Positions 28,006 to 39,360 are shown, numbered from the stretch's first letter. The stretch is DNA of 64,000 nt from an uncultured delta proteobacterium (GCA_963816145.1 CAWFJP010000003.1:736001-800000); one strand, 5' to 3'. A program made the numbers and translations. The notes: generated from the letters alone by a model not told the origin.

Positions 28006-29308
28006 ATGGTGCCAAGTCGTCTTGATTTTACTCTCTGTGCTGGCTTGCTGGCTCGTTACTGGGTTGGGCGGGGATTACGCATCCAGACTACCTCTTTTAC
28101 AAAGACAGAGACCATCAGACTCGTCGCCGGCACGCCCCGGCGGGGAGCGTCTACGTCTCGAGCGCCGCTATGGTCGCCCAGTTCATCGGCAAATACCACC
28201 GGCGCGCTGAGCGGCGCCTACCTCGCCGGCCTGATCAACCATCGCTGGCTGTTTGTTATTCCTGGCATCGCCATGGGCTACTCTGCGCAGATCATGTTCC
28301 GGAAACGCCTCCAGGTCGCCAATGATATCTATACCATGGCCAAGCCCGACGGTTTGACCATCGGCTCGATCCAACCCGCCCTCTATTTCGATCAATTGGT
28401 CGGCCGCAAGGAAGTGCAGTTCGACTGGAAAAAGTTCACCTGGATCGGCAACACCACGGTGTCCGACTATCTGCTCTACATGCGCAGCGATACGCCATAC
28501 AAAATCCGTCGAAGATATTCGCAAGGCCGCCGTACCGCCCAAATGCGGCGCCGAAGGGACCGGTTCGTCGGCCTACTACCTACCTAGACTGCTGGAAGAA
28601 ACCATCGGCGCGAAGTTCACCGTCGTCACCGGCTACAACTGGCCGGCACCGATGTCGACCTGGCGGATTGGAGCGCGGCGAGGTGCAATGCCGCGCCTTT
28701 ACCATCGCTGCTTTCTTCGCCCGAGAGCCCTTCGTCTCTGCGCAGAGGGAAAGGTTTCGTCCATGTCATCGTACAGATCCGGCAAAAAGCGCGACGCTAA
28801 GCTGCCAGACACGCCGACGTTCGCCAAATCGAATTGCTATAAGCAACTTACTGCGCGGTAGCGTGGTGTTAAGCCTGGTGGTCATCGTCATCGGCACGGT
28901 CGTGACCTTTGTCGATCATCCGGAGTTTCTCTCATCGCCTAGCGCTCTGGGACTACTGATCAACCCGGGCACAACCCTACCACATACTCTCGACGCCGTG
29001 GCCCGCGGCCTCCAAGCGCTGCAAGGCGATGCCATTGTCACTCTCGGTCTGCTCCTACTTATTGCGACGCCGGTGATGCGCGTCGGTATTTCGATCCTCG
29101 CCTTTGTCTACGAACGCGACGCGTTTATACCTTCAACACGGTCACAGTTTTTTGCCTGCGGATCCTTTCTTTCTTCCTCGGCAAAGTCGAAAAGCGTAGC
29201 GCCTCGATCGGCGGTCTCCGGCGAAGCATTCGGAAAAGCTCGGCAATGAGATCAATGGCGCAACCGCCGGACGTCATCGAGCGCATGAAAAAATTATTGG
29301 GAACTTGA
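28006..29308 (+). pseudogene. Frameshifted tctC (array 7) interleaved with TauE/SafE-like and DUF1634-like segments
   Basis: tctC pieces (AKPDGLTIG, ERGEVQCRAF, QPPDVIERMKKLLG) alternate with TTGALSGAYLAG...MGYSA at ~28195-28310 and ISNLLRG...GLLLLIATPVMRV...ERD at ~28825-29197. Confidence 0.75.
28825..29197 (+). pseudogene. DUF1634-like membrane protein segment embedded in array slot 7
   Basis: ISNLLRG-VVLS, AIVTLGLLLLIATPVMRVGISILAFVYERD; no clean start; frameshifted near its end. Confidence 0.65.
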
Positions 29309-29349
29309 AAGATCGGCAACGTCGCCAAAGATTAAAGGAGGTGACCAAT

Positions 29350-30415
29350 ATGAGGATCAAGGACCGTTCGCAAATCTTCGTTGCCGTACGATAGCGCTAT
29401 GGTGGCGCTATGCTAGTCTCTAGCCGGCGTCGAATCTGCATGCCCAGACGCCATTTCTACCAGGGCAAGACGATCACCATCATCGTCAGCACTAAAGCAG
29501 GCGATGTTTACGATCTTTATCCTCGGCTCGTGGCCGAATTCATGCCCAAACATATTCCCGGCAATCCGAATATCATCGTCCAAAACGTGCCCGGCGCCGC
29601 CGGCTTGATCGGCACCAATCAGATCTACAACGTGGCGAAACCGGACGGCCTGACCTTCGGCGCGACCTATCCCGCGCTTTATTTCGAACAGTTGGTCAAG
29701 CGTCCTGAAGCCAAATTCGACTGGAACAAATTCATCTGGATCGGCAGCACGATCAACTCGAACAGTCTCATGTATATGCGCGCCGATACCCCGTATAAGA
29801 CCATCGAAGATGTCCGCACCGCATCGACCCCGCCCAAATGCGGCGCCACCGGCGTTACTTCGTCCGCCTATTACATGCCAAAACTCCTTGGAGTCGGCAT
29901 TTGGCACGAAATTCGAGGTCGTATCGGGATATGTCGCCGGGCAGGATATTGACTTGGCGGTGGAACGCGGCGAAGTTCAGTGCCGAGCTTTTACGGTCAA
30001 CGCGTTTTTCGCCCGCGAGCCGTTCATCACCTGGCGCAAGAAGAATTTCGTTAACGTGCTCTATCAGACCGGCAGCAAGCGCGATGAAAGAATCAAGAAT
30101 GTGCCGTTGTTCAGTGAATTGGCGGATAAATACAAAACGTCGGAAGAAACCAAGAAGCTGGCCAAAGTCGTTCTCGCTTCTGATGAATTCGGCCGTCCCC
30201 TGGTCTTCCCTCCCGGAGTCCCGGCGGACCGGGTTAAGATCATTCGCGACGCTTTTAATAAGACCATCAACGACCCGGAATTACTGGCCGAGGCGAAGAA
30301 ACGCCGACTCGACATCGATCCGGCCACCGGCGAGGAATTGCAGGCTCTCGCCAAGGAAGTCATGACCGCGACCCCGGACATCGTCGAGAAAGTGAAAGGG
30401 TTGATCGGAAAGTGA
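29350..30415 (+). pseudogene. tctC (array 8, group B) with several frameshifts, possibly sequencing errors
   Basis: Halves 29410-29952 and 29810-30415 join at CTTGGAG (one extra G); extra T in CCATTTCTAC; AAGGAGGT RBS before ATG 29350. Confidence 0.75.
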
Positions 30416-30422
30416 CGAAGGG

Positions 30423-31509
30423 ATGGCAATGACGTTCAAAAATTCAAGGGTTCAAAGGTTCAATCGGATTGTTCTTGGATGTTCTTTTTCTGACCCTTGA
30501 ACTTTTGAACCCCTTGAACCTTGAACGGGCGTCTGCGCAGCAGACGCCCTTCTATCAAGGCAAAACGATTCGCATCGTCATCGGCTCGTCCACCGGCGGC
30601 GGTTACGATCTCTGGGCGCGGGTCTTGGCGCGCCACTACGGCAAGTATATTCCAGGTAATCCGACAATTATTGTGCAGAACATGCCAGGCGCGGCATCGA
30701 TCGTCGCGACCAATTATCTTTACAACGTTGCCAAACCCGACGGTTTGACTCTGGGCGCCCTCCTGCCGGCGATCTATTTCGACCAACTCGTCGGTCGCAA
30801 AGAAGTGCAGTTCGATTTCGCCAAGATTCCCTGGATCGGCTCGCCCGAGCAAAACGAAATCATCCACTACATGCGCGCCGATTCACCGTACAAGTCCATC
30901 GAAGATATCCGCAAAGCCAAAGATCCGCCGCGTTGCGGCAGTTCCGGCACCGGCACCACCGGCTTTTATATTCCGCGCCTGCTCGACGAAGTCCTGGGGA
31001 CGAAACACACCGTGGTCGCTGGTTATCCCGGCGGCTCGGAAATCGACTTGGCGGTTGAGCGCGGCGAGGTGCACTGCTGGTCGCCTCTGGTGGCGACCTA
31101 CTTCGGCCGCGAGCCCTACATCAGTTGGCAGAAGAAGGGATTCGTGCGCGTCGTCGTGCAATTCGGCACCAAGCGCGACCCGCGCCTGGCCGACGTACCG
31201 ACGATTTATGAACTCTTGGATCAATACAAAACCCCCGACGCCGGCAAACGGCTCACCCGGGTGATTCTGGTCGCCGCGACCCTCGGCCGGCCCATCGCGG
31301 TAACCCCGGGCACACCGCCCGACCGCATCAAAATGCTGCGCGAGGCCTATCAAAAAACTCTAAAAGATCCCGAGCTCATCACCGAGACCAAACGCCAGCG
31401 CTGGGACATCAATCCGCTGACCGGCGAGGAGATGGAGTCACTGGCCAAAGAAGTTATGGCGCAGCCGAAGGAAGTCATCGAGAGAATGAAATGGGTGTTG
31501 GGGAACTGA
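30423..31509 (+). CDS. tctC: TctC/Bug substrate-binding protein (array 9, group C); +1 frameshift in the hairpin leader (30434-30526), body intact from TTG 30469
   Basis: ATG 30423 frame reads MAMTFKNSRVQRFNRIVLG and then shifts relative to the 36027 leader; STGGGYDLWAR. Confidence 0.8.
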
Positions 31510-31514
31510 ATCAA

Positions 31515-32639
31515 ATGGATTTTGGATTTTCGTCTACGGGGCCGCTTTTGGATTTTCGATTCCGGAACAAAGCGCACGGAAGACGGTGTCACGCAGTAAC
31601 TTTGTTGCTGCTTGTCCTGGCCCTTGAACTTCTGAACCCCTTGAACCTTGAACGGGCGTCAGCGCAGCAGACGCCCTTCTACAAAGGTAAAACCATTACC
31701 ATGGTCGTCTCGTCCACCGCCGGCGGCGGTTACGATCTGTGGGCGCGGCTGGCGGCGCGCTATCTAGGGAAATACATTCCAGGGAATCCGACTATCGTTG
31801 TGCAAAACATGCCGGGCGCGGGCAACATCATCGGCGCCAACTACGTTTACGGCGTCGCCAAGCCCGACGGTTTGACGCTCGGTGCGGTGAACCCAGCGCT
31901 TTATTTCGATCAACTGGTCGGACGATCGGAGGTTAAATTCGATTGGGCCAAGTTCAACTGGATCGGCTCGCCGGAAAAAAACGACATCGTTTCCTACATG
32001 CGCGCCGACACTCCGATCAAAAACATTGATGACTGGCGCAATGCCAAGGAGCCGCCCAAATGCGGCAGCACCGGCACTGGCAGCACCGGCCATTACATCC
32101 CGCGCCTACTCGAAGAAACCCTCGGCATCAAGACCCAGATCGTCAGTGGCTATCCCGGTGCGCCGGACATCGAGCTGGCCATCGAGCGCGGCGAAGTGTT
32201 TTGCTGGTCACCGCTCAAGGCCACCTACTTCGGCCGCGAGCCCTATCGGCGCTGGCATAAAACCGGTTACGTGCGGGTTCTGGTCCAAACCGGCGCCAAG
32301 CGCGATCCACGGCTGAAGGACACGCCGACGCTGGATGAATTGATGCAGCAATACAAATCTCCCGAGCCGGCCCGCCGGCTCGCCAAGGTGATTCTCACCG
32401 CCGCCACCTTGGGCCGTCCCGTCGGCACCGCGCCAGGCGTTCCGGCGGATCGGGTAAAGATCCTGCGCGACGCCTACGCCAAAGCCATCGCCGATCCCGA
32501 GCTGCTCGCCGAAGCCGCCAAACAAAACTGGGAAGTCGACGCTACCCACGGCGACGAGCTGCAAGCGTTGTCGAAAGAAGTCATGGCTCAGCCCAAAGAA
32601 ATCATCGAGCGCATGAAGTGGGTGCTCGGGCGGGAATGA
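31515..32639 (+). CDS. tctC: TctC/Bug substrate-binding protein (array 10, group C); start uncertain
   Basis: TAGGGYDLWAR; leader contains TTTTGGA repeats (MDFGF...LDFRF) and the TTGAAC arm (LELLNPLNLER). Confidence 0.85.
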   Translation: MDFGFSSTGPLLDFRFRNKAHGRRCHAVTLLLLVLALELLNPLNLERASAQQTPFYKGKTITMVVSSTAGGGYDLWARLAARYLGKYIPGNPTIVVQNMPGAGNIIGANYVYGVAKPDGLTLGAVNPALYFDQLVGRSEVKFDWAKFNWIGSPEKNDIVSYMRADTPIKNIDDWRNAKEPPKCGSTGTGSTGHYIPRLLEETLGIKTQIVSGYPGAPDIELAIERGEVFCWSPLKATYFGREPYRRWHKTGYVRVLVQTGAKRDPRLKDTPTLDELMQQYKSPEPARRLAKVILTAATLGRPVGTAPGVPADRVKILRDAYAKAIADPELLAEAAKQNWEVDATHGDELQALSKEVMAQPKEIIERMKWVLGRE

Positions 32640-32685
32640 TATCAATTTTGGATTCTCGATTTTAGATTTTGGATTGACGGGCTCC

Positions 32686-33763
32686 ATGCATCGACTATTG
32701 CTCTTGACGACAAAGTTTTTCGCATTCTTCTTCGTCCTGACCCTCGAATTCTTGAACCCCTTGAACCTTGAACCGGCGGCGGCGCAAACGCCGCCCTTCT
32801 ATCAAGGCAAAACACTCAAGATCGTGGTCGGCTCGGCATCCGGGGGCGGTTACGATCTTTGGGCGCGTTTACTGGCGCTCCATATCGGCAAACATATTCC
32901 CGGCCACCCGACCGTGGTCGTGCAGAATCTGCCGGGAGCCGGCGGTTTGGTTGCCGGGAATTTTGTTTATGGTCTAGCCAAGCCTGACGGCCTGACCATC
33001 GGTGCGTTCAACCCGGCGCTCTATTTCGAACAACTGGTCGGCAAGCCGGAGAGCAAGTTTGATTGGACCAAGTTCAGCTGGATCGGCTCGCCCGAGAAAA
33101 ACGACGCTTTGCATTACATCCGCGCCGACTCGCCGTATAAAACCATCGACGATTTGCGCAATGCCAAGGAGCCGGCCAAATGCGGCAGCACCGGCGGCGG
33201 CACCACCGCCCACTATTTTCCCCGGCTGCTCGAAGACACCCTGGGCATCAAAACCACCCAGGTCACCGGCTATCAGGGCGGGTCGGAAATCGATCTCGCC
33301 GTCGAACGCAACGAAATCATCTGCTGGACGCCGCTGATCGCGACCTACTTCGGCCGCGAGCCTTACAAGCGCTGGCACAAGACCGGTTTCGTTCGCGTCG
33401 TCGTCCAGACCGGCGACAAACGCGACGAGCGCTTGAAGGATGTACCAACGCTCACCGAACTGATGCAGCAGTACAAAACTCCAGAGGCCAGCCGCCGGCT
33501 CGCCAAAGTGGTCTTGACCGCCGCCAACCTCGGCCGCCCCATCGCCGGCCCGCCGCGCCTACCGGCGGAACTGCTAAAAACTTTACGCGACGCCTACGCC
33601 AAATCGATGAAAGACCCCGAGCTCCTCGCCGAAGCCGCCAAGCGCGGCTGGGAAGTCGACCCCCATACCGGCGCCGAACTCGAGACGTTGGCGAAGGAAG
33701 TCATCAACCAGCCCAAGGAAGTGATTGAGCATTGAGCGGATGAAATGGGTGCTGGGAAACTAG
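32686..33763 (+). CDS. tctC: TctC/Bug substrate-binding protein (array 11, group C); a 7-bp duplication truncates the last ~8 codons
   Basis: ASGGGYDLWAR; ATTGAGC-ATTGAGC gives a stop at 33735, and the original tail RMKWVLGN* ends at 33763. Confidence 0.82.
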
Positions 33764-33770
33764 AGCCGCC

Positions 33771-33903
33771 AATTTTGGATTTTAGATTTTGGATTTTGGA
33801 TTAGGGGAAAAGAGCGTGAAGAAAAGATCTTGGATGCGATGGCTAGATTCTTCTTCCGATAATCCAAAATCGAAAATCCAAAAGCAGCCCCGCGGACCAA
33901 AAT
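33771..33903. repeat. Heptamer palindrome (ATTTTGG)n...(AATCCAA)n straddling the start of the 33816 gene
   Basis: AATTTTGGATTTTAGATTTTGGATTTTGGATTAGGGGA...AATCCAAAATCGAAAATCCAAAA. Confidence 0.8.
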
Positions 33904-34876
33904 GGGGATGGCTTGTTGCCCTCGGCGTCGCGTTCGCAATGGGTGGCGCCGTAGGCGACGCGCAGCAGCAGGCAAAGGTGTTTAAGATTGGCTGGCTCGC
34001 TATCGGTAGCGCCACTTCAATCTCCAGGTATCAGGCGTTCCGGCGTAGCCTCCCTGATCTCGGCTACGTTGAGGGCAAGAATATCTCATTCGAGTTTCGA
34101 TCGGCAGACAACAAGCTCGCCTCGCTTCCCGCGCTAGCTGATGAGTTGGCCCGTCTCAATGTTGACGTAATCGTCACACGCGGCACGCCTGAAGCCCTAG
34201 CTCTCAAAAACGCTACCAGGACAATCCCCATCGTTTTTTACGATGTGACGGATCCAATAGCGGCGGGGCTGGTTGACAGCTTGGCCCGGCCTGGTGGAAA
34301 CATCACGGGGTTTTCCGGCATGGAGGCAGTGTTGGCGGGCAAACGATTGGAGTTACTCAAGGACACCCTTCCAAAACTCTCCCGCGTTGCGGTGCTGTGG
34401 AATCCGCAGGATCTTAGCTCCGCGCAACAATGGAAAGAAAGCCAACTGCCGGCACGAGCACTGGGGCTGCAACTTCATTCCATGGAAGTAAGCAGCGCCG
34501 ATAAATACGAGAACGCGTTCAGAGAGGCAATGAAAGCGCGGAGTGGCGCTCTCGCTGTGATAGCTGGAGCGGCTGGAAGACTCTAACGGACAGAAGATCG
34601 CAGATCTGGCAACAAAAACTCGGCTGCCAGCGATATACCCTCGTACTACTTTTATCGACAGCGGCGGGTTGATGTCCTACGGACGCGACCGAGAAGAGGG
34701 CTGTCAAGCGGGTACCCATTATGGTCGACAAGATTCTCAAGGGAACCAAGCCCGCCGACATTCCTGTCGAGCAGCCAATGAAGTTTGATTTGCCAATTAA
34801 TCTAAAAACCGCCAAGGCACTTGGACTGACGATTCCACCGCTTGTGCTCACGCGGGCGACGAAGGTGATCAAGTAG
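33816..34876 (+). pseudogene. ABC_sub_bind substrate-binding protein, frameshifted near 34570 and 34700
   Basis: DSLARPGGNITG in the 5' ORF; GGLMSYG and [17 protein letters not shown] continue in shifted frames to TAG 34876. Confidence 0.8.
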
Positions 34877-34899
34877 GCGCGAGGCTTGAGGCGAAAGGC

Positions 34900-35906
34900 G
34901 TGAGCAAGATGATGAGAGGAAAGCCGATGATAAGCAGAATCGCCTGCCGACTGTTGGCTGCTTCCATTCCGCTTTTTGTTTCTCAAACCGACGCACAGCA
35001 GCCGGCAAAGGTTGCAAAGATTGGCTGGCTCGCCGTGCGGCCGGCGTCTGCTGCTTTCGCGATCGAGTCATTTCAGCGAGAATTCGGCAAACTCGGCTAT
35101 GTTGACGGGAAGAACATAGTTTTCGAGTATCGATACGCTGAGGGTAATCTCGACCGACTCCCTGCGCTAGCTGACGAACTTGTTCGTCTTAAAGTTGATG
35201 TGCTCATCGCGCCCAATACTCCGGCCGCGTTAGCCGCTAAGAACGCTACCAGATCTATCCCCATCGTTTTTATAGACGTAACCGACCCCATCGCGGCTGG
35301 GCTGATCGATAGCCTGGCGCGGCCTGGCGGGAATATCACGGGGTTTACTACCATTTGAGCAGTGCTGGCCGGCAAAAGACTTGAGTTGCTAAAAGAAACC
35401 GTTCCCAAGCTCTCCCGCGTCGGGGTGCTGTGGGATCCACAAGGACCAAGCTCTGGGCAGGTTGGAAAGAAAGCCAACTGCCGGCAAGAGCTCTGGGCTT
35501 GCAACTTCATTCCATGGAAGTCAGCAGCGCTGACAAATACGATGCAGTGTTCAAGGAGGCAATGAAAGCGCGCGTCGGCGCTGTCGCCTGGATGGCGTCC
35601 CCGCTGGGCGACCTAAATCAAAGGGATACGGTCGAACTAGCGAAGAGATATCGCCTGCCGACAATTTATAGTCGGCAACCGGTTGTCGAAAATGGCGGCC
35701 TGATGTCTTACGGTCCCGACCGGGACGAACCCTTCAGGCGCACCGCCGTTTTTGTCGACAAGATTTTGAAGGGAACTCATCCATCCGACATACCAGTCGA
35801 GCAGCCAACCAAGTTCGAATTGGCGATCAATTTAAAAACTGCCAAAACACTCGGCCTGACTATTCCACCGCTCATGCTCACGCGGGCGACGAAGGTGATC
35901 AAGTAA
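34900..35906 (+). pseudogene. ABC_sub_bind substrate-binding protein with an in-frame TGA (35356) and a frameshift (~35460)
   Basis: ORFs 34900-35358, 35362- and 35430-35906 reconstruct one tandem paralog of 33816-34876. Confidence 0.8.
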
Positions 35907-36026
35907 ATGCAGACAACAGGCACACAGGCAATAGGCAATAGTTAGAACTTCTCATTGCACTCAGCCCAGACTCCACGGTATTCATAACCCGCGCGATTGC
36001 TCAAAATAACCATGAGGTGATTCTGG

Positions 36027-37121
36027 ATGCGTGGAATAAAAGATTTGTTCAAGAGTTCAAAAGTTCAAGGGTTCAATCGGATTCTTCTCGGTATTCTTTT
36101 TCTGACCCTTGAACTTTTGAACCCTTTGAACCTTGAACCGGCGTCTGCGCAGCAGACGCCCTTCTACCAAGGCAAAACCATCACATGGATCGTCGGCAGC
36201 AAGGCGGGCGATGCTTATGATCTTTATCCGCGCCTGCTGGCCGAGTATCTGCCCAAGTATATTCCCGGCAATCCCAATATTATCATTCAGAACGTCGGCG
36301 GCGCGGCCTCGCTGATCGCGGCCAACCAAGTGTACAGCGTCGCCAAGCCCGACGGATTGACTCTCGGCGCGATCTATCCGGCGCTTTATTTCGATCAACT
36401 GGTGAAACGGCCGGAAGTAAAATACGACTGGAATAAATTTTCCTGGATCGGCAGCCCGGTGAGTTCCAACCACATGATGTACATGCGCGCGGATACACCC
36501 TTTAAAACCATCGACGACCTGCGCACCGCCGCGCAGCCGCCGAAATGCGGCTCCAGCGGGGTCAATTCGACCGGCTACTACATTCCCAAACTGATGGAAG
36601 AAGCGATCGGCGCCAAGATCGAAATGGTCGCCGGCTATCCGGGTGGCCAGGATATCGAACTTGCGGTCGAGCGCGGCGAATTAGTGTGCCGATCGTTTAC
36701 GATCACAACGTTCCATAGCCGCGAGCCGTTTTTTACCTGGCGCAAGAAAAACTTCGTCCGCGTGCTCTACCAAACTGGCACCAAGCGAGACCCGCGCTTG
36801 AAAGACGTGCCGACAATGTATGAGATAATGGATCGCTACAAGACACCGGAATCGGTGCGCAAGCTCGCCAAGGTAATCCTGATCGCCAGTGATTTGGGCC
36901 GGCCTATCGTGGCGCCGCCGGGCGTGCCTCCAGCGCGCTTGAAAACCATCCGCGAGGCCTTCAACAAAGCGGTCGCTGACCCGGCCTTCTTAGCCGACGC
37001 GGACAAGCGCAAGCTTGAAATCGATCCATCGTCTTGGGAAGAGATGGAATCCTTGGCCAAGGAGGCGATGGCGACGCCGCCTGATGTTGTCGATAGAATG
37101 AAAAAGATTCTCGGCATGTGA
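36027..37121 (+). CDS. tctC: TctC/Bug substrate-binding protein (array 12, group B, hairpin leader at 36047-36138)
   Basis: KAGDAYDLYPR; leader FKSSKVQGFNRILLG...LELLNPLNLEPASAQ. Confidence 0.88.
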   Translation: MRGIKDLFKSSKVQGFNRILLGILFLTLELLNPLNLEPASAQQTPFYQGKTITWIVGSKAGDAYDLYPRLLAEYLPKYIPGNPNIIIQNVGGAASLIAANQVYSVAKPDGLTLGAIYPALYFDQLVKRPEVKYDWNKFSWIGSPVSSNHMMYMRADTPFKTIDDLRTAAQPPKCGSSGVNSTGYYIPKLMEEAIGAKIEMVAGYPGGQDIELAVERGELVCRSFTITTFHSREPFFTWRKKNFVRVLYQTGTKRDPRLKDVPTMYEIMDRYKTPESVRKLAKVILIASDLGRPIVAPPGVPPARLKTIREAFNKAVADPAFLADADKRKLEIDPSSWEEMESLAKEAMATPPDVVDRMKKILGM

Positions 37122-37145
37122 CGTAATCCAAAAATGAGGTCTTTC

Positions 37146-38243
37146 ATGACGCAACGAACGAAACATCCGTTCAAAAGTTCAAACGTTCAAACGCTCAAGG
37201 TTCTCGGGCTCGTGATTTTTTCCGTCGTTGAACTTTTGAATCCTTTGAACCTTGAACGGGCGTCTGCCCAGCAGACGCCTTTCTATCAAGGCAAAACCAT
37301 CCGGATCATCGTCGGCAATCTGCCGGGCGACACCCATGACATCTTCGCCCGCGCTTACTCGCGCCACATGGGCAAACATATTCCCGGCTTCCCTAACATT
37401 GTCGTGCAAAACATGCCCGGAGCCGGCGGCATGATCGCGGCCAACCATGTCTACAACGTCGCGAAACCGGATGGACTGACACTCGGCTCCCCGTCCCCGG
37501 CGCTTTATTACGCGCAACTGGTTGGCCGGAAAGAGGTCAAATTCGATTGGCCCAAGTTCAACTTCATCGGTTCGCCGGAGCGCAATGGTCACTTGTTATT
37601 CATGCGCTCAGACTCGCCCTACAAAACTCTCGACGACATCCGGAAAGCCAAGGAGCCGCCCAAGTGTGCCGCTACGGGAGTTGGCACCAGCGGCCACGAC
37701 GTGCCCAAACTGTTCGACGAGATGATCGGCTTGAAGTTCAACCTGATCACCGGCTATCCCGGCGGCGCCGAAATGGATTTGGCCATCGAACGTGGGGAAG
37801 CGGTATGCCGCGCCATTACCGTGGCGGCGTTCTTCGCCCGAGAGCCATTTGTCACCTGGTACAAAACCGGTGTCGTGCGTGTGCTTCTGCAAACCTCGCG
37901 GCAGAGAAATCCGAAAATTCCCGATGTGCCGACTTTGTTCGAGCTCATGGAGCAGTACAAAACGCCGGAGATCAAGCGCCGCCAGGTGCTAGTCTATCTC
38001 GGCGTCGGCGGCTTCGGCGCCTGGCCGATTCTCTCCACACCCGGAATACCCGCGGAGCGCGTGACGACTCTCCGCGAAGGGTTCAGCAAAACCATGAAAG
38101 ATCCGGATTTCTTGGCGGAAGCGAAAAAAGCCGGTTGGGAGATCCGCCCCACCAGCGGCGAAGATTTGCAAGCGCTAGCGAAGGAAGTCATCGACCAGCC
38201 ACCGGAAGTGGTCGAGTGGCTAAAAAAATTATTGGCGAAATAA
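37146..38243 (+). CDS. tctC: TctC/Bug substrate-binding protein (array 13, group D, hairpin leader at 37169-37257)
   Basis: LPGDTHD; GAGGT RBS before ATG 37146. Confidence 0.88.
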   Translation: MTQRTKHPFKSSNVQTLKVLGLVIFSVVELLNPLNLERASAQQTPFYQGKTIRIIVGNLPGDTHDIFARAYSRHMGKHIPGFPNIVVQNMPGAGGMIAANHVYNVAKPDGLTLGSPSPALYYAQLVGRKEVKFDWPKFNFIGSPERNGHLLFMRSDSPYKTLDDIRKAKEPPKCAATGVGTSGHDVPKLFDEMIGLKFNLITGYPGGAEMDLAIERGEAVCRAITVAAFFAREPFVTWYKTGVVRVLLQTSRQRNPKIPDVPTLFELMEQYKTPEIKRRQVLVYLGVGGFGAWPILSTPGIPAERVTTLREGFSKTMKDPDFLAEAKKAGWEIRPTSGEDLQALAKEVIDQPPEVVEWLKKLLAK

Positions 38244-38262
38244 ATTTACTGAGAGAGGCTCT

Positions 38263-39360
38263 ATGGCACTTCAATTAATCACGTCGTTCAAAAATTCAAA
38301 GGTTCAAACGTTCAATTTTCTCGGATTCTTGCTCCTCTCCGTCGTTGAGCTTTTGAACCCCTTGAACCTTGAACGGGCGTCTGCCCAGCAGGCGCCTTAT
38401 TATCAAGGCAAAACCATCCGCGTCGTCGTCGGCTATCAGGCCGGCGACTCGCACGACCAGTGGGCGCGCACCTACACGCGTTATCTCGGCAAATTCATTC
38501 CAGGCAACCCCACCTTCCTGGTGCAAAACATGCCCGGCGCCGGCGGCATGATCGCCGCCAACTACATCTTCAACGTCGCCAAGCAGGATGGCTTGACCAT
38601 GGGCACCATCGGCGGCGCGCTTTACTTCGCCCAATTGATTGGCCGCAGCGAAGCAAAATACGACTGGAACAAATTCACCTGGATCGGCACGCCGGAGAAA
38701 AGCGGCTTTCTCGTCTTTATGCGCACCGACGCGCCCTATAAGACTCTCGACGACCTGCGCACTACCAACGATCCGCCGCGCTGCTCGGCCACCGGCGTCG
38801 GCAGCAGCGGTTACGACATTCCGCGCGTTCTGGAAGACACGGTCGGAATGAAGTTTAAAGTCATCAGCGGTTACCCCGGCGGTGCCGATCAAGATTTGGC
38901 AATGGAGCGCGGCGAAGTGCAATGCCGAGCATTTACCATCGACGCTTTCTTTGGCCGCGAACCCTTTCCCACCTGGGTGAAAAAGGGCTTTGTCCGCGTC
39001 ATCATACAGATGGAACGCAAGCGCCACCCCAAGCTGCAGGACGTGCCGACGCTCTGGGAGCTGATGGATCAATACAAAGTGCCGGAAGCGAAGCGGCGGC
39101 TCGCCACGGTTTATTTGAACAGCGGCCTGTTCGGTTCTCGCCCCATCGTCTCGACACCCGGCCTCACCGCGGAGCAAGCGAAAATTCTCCGCGAAGCCTA
39201 CGTCAAGACGCTCAAAGATCCGGAATTCCTGGACGAGATCACCAAGCGCGGTTGGACGGTCGATGCCGTGAGCGGCGAAGATCTGCAGGTTCTAGCTAAG
39301 GAAGTCACGACCCAGCCGCCGGAAGTCATCGATTGGCTGAAAAAACTGTTGACCAAATAA
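38263..39360 (+). CDS. tctC: TctC/Bug substrate-binding protein (array 14, group D, hairpin leader at 38286-38374)
   Basis: QAGDSHDQWAR, PRCSATG, AMERGEVQCR. Confidence 0.88.
   Translation: MALQLITSFKNSKVQTFNFLGFLLLSVVELLNPLNLERASAQQAPYYQGKTIRVVVGYQAGDSHDQWARTYTRYLGKFIPGNPTFLVQNMPGAGGMIAANYIFNVAKQDGLTMGTIGGALYFAQLIGRSEAKYDWNKFTWIGTPEKSGFLVFMRTDAPYKTLDDLRTTNDPPRCSATGVGSSGYDIPRVLEDTVGMKFKVISGYPGGADQDLAMERGEVQCRAFTIDAFFGREPFPTWVKKGFVRVIIQMERKRHPKLQDVPTLWELMDQYKVPEAKRRLATVYLNSGLFGSRPIVSTPGLTAEQAKILREAYVKTLKDPEFLDEITKRGWTVDAVSGEDLQVLAKEVTTQPPEVIDWLKKLLTK

Noticed and set aside
35356-35358. In-frame TGA as selenocysteine or programmed readthrough
   Set aside because: The aligned position in paralogs is not Cys and the gene also has a frameshift; a nonsense change or error is simpler.
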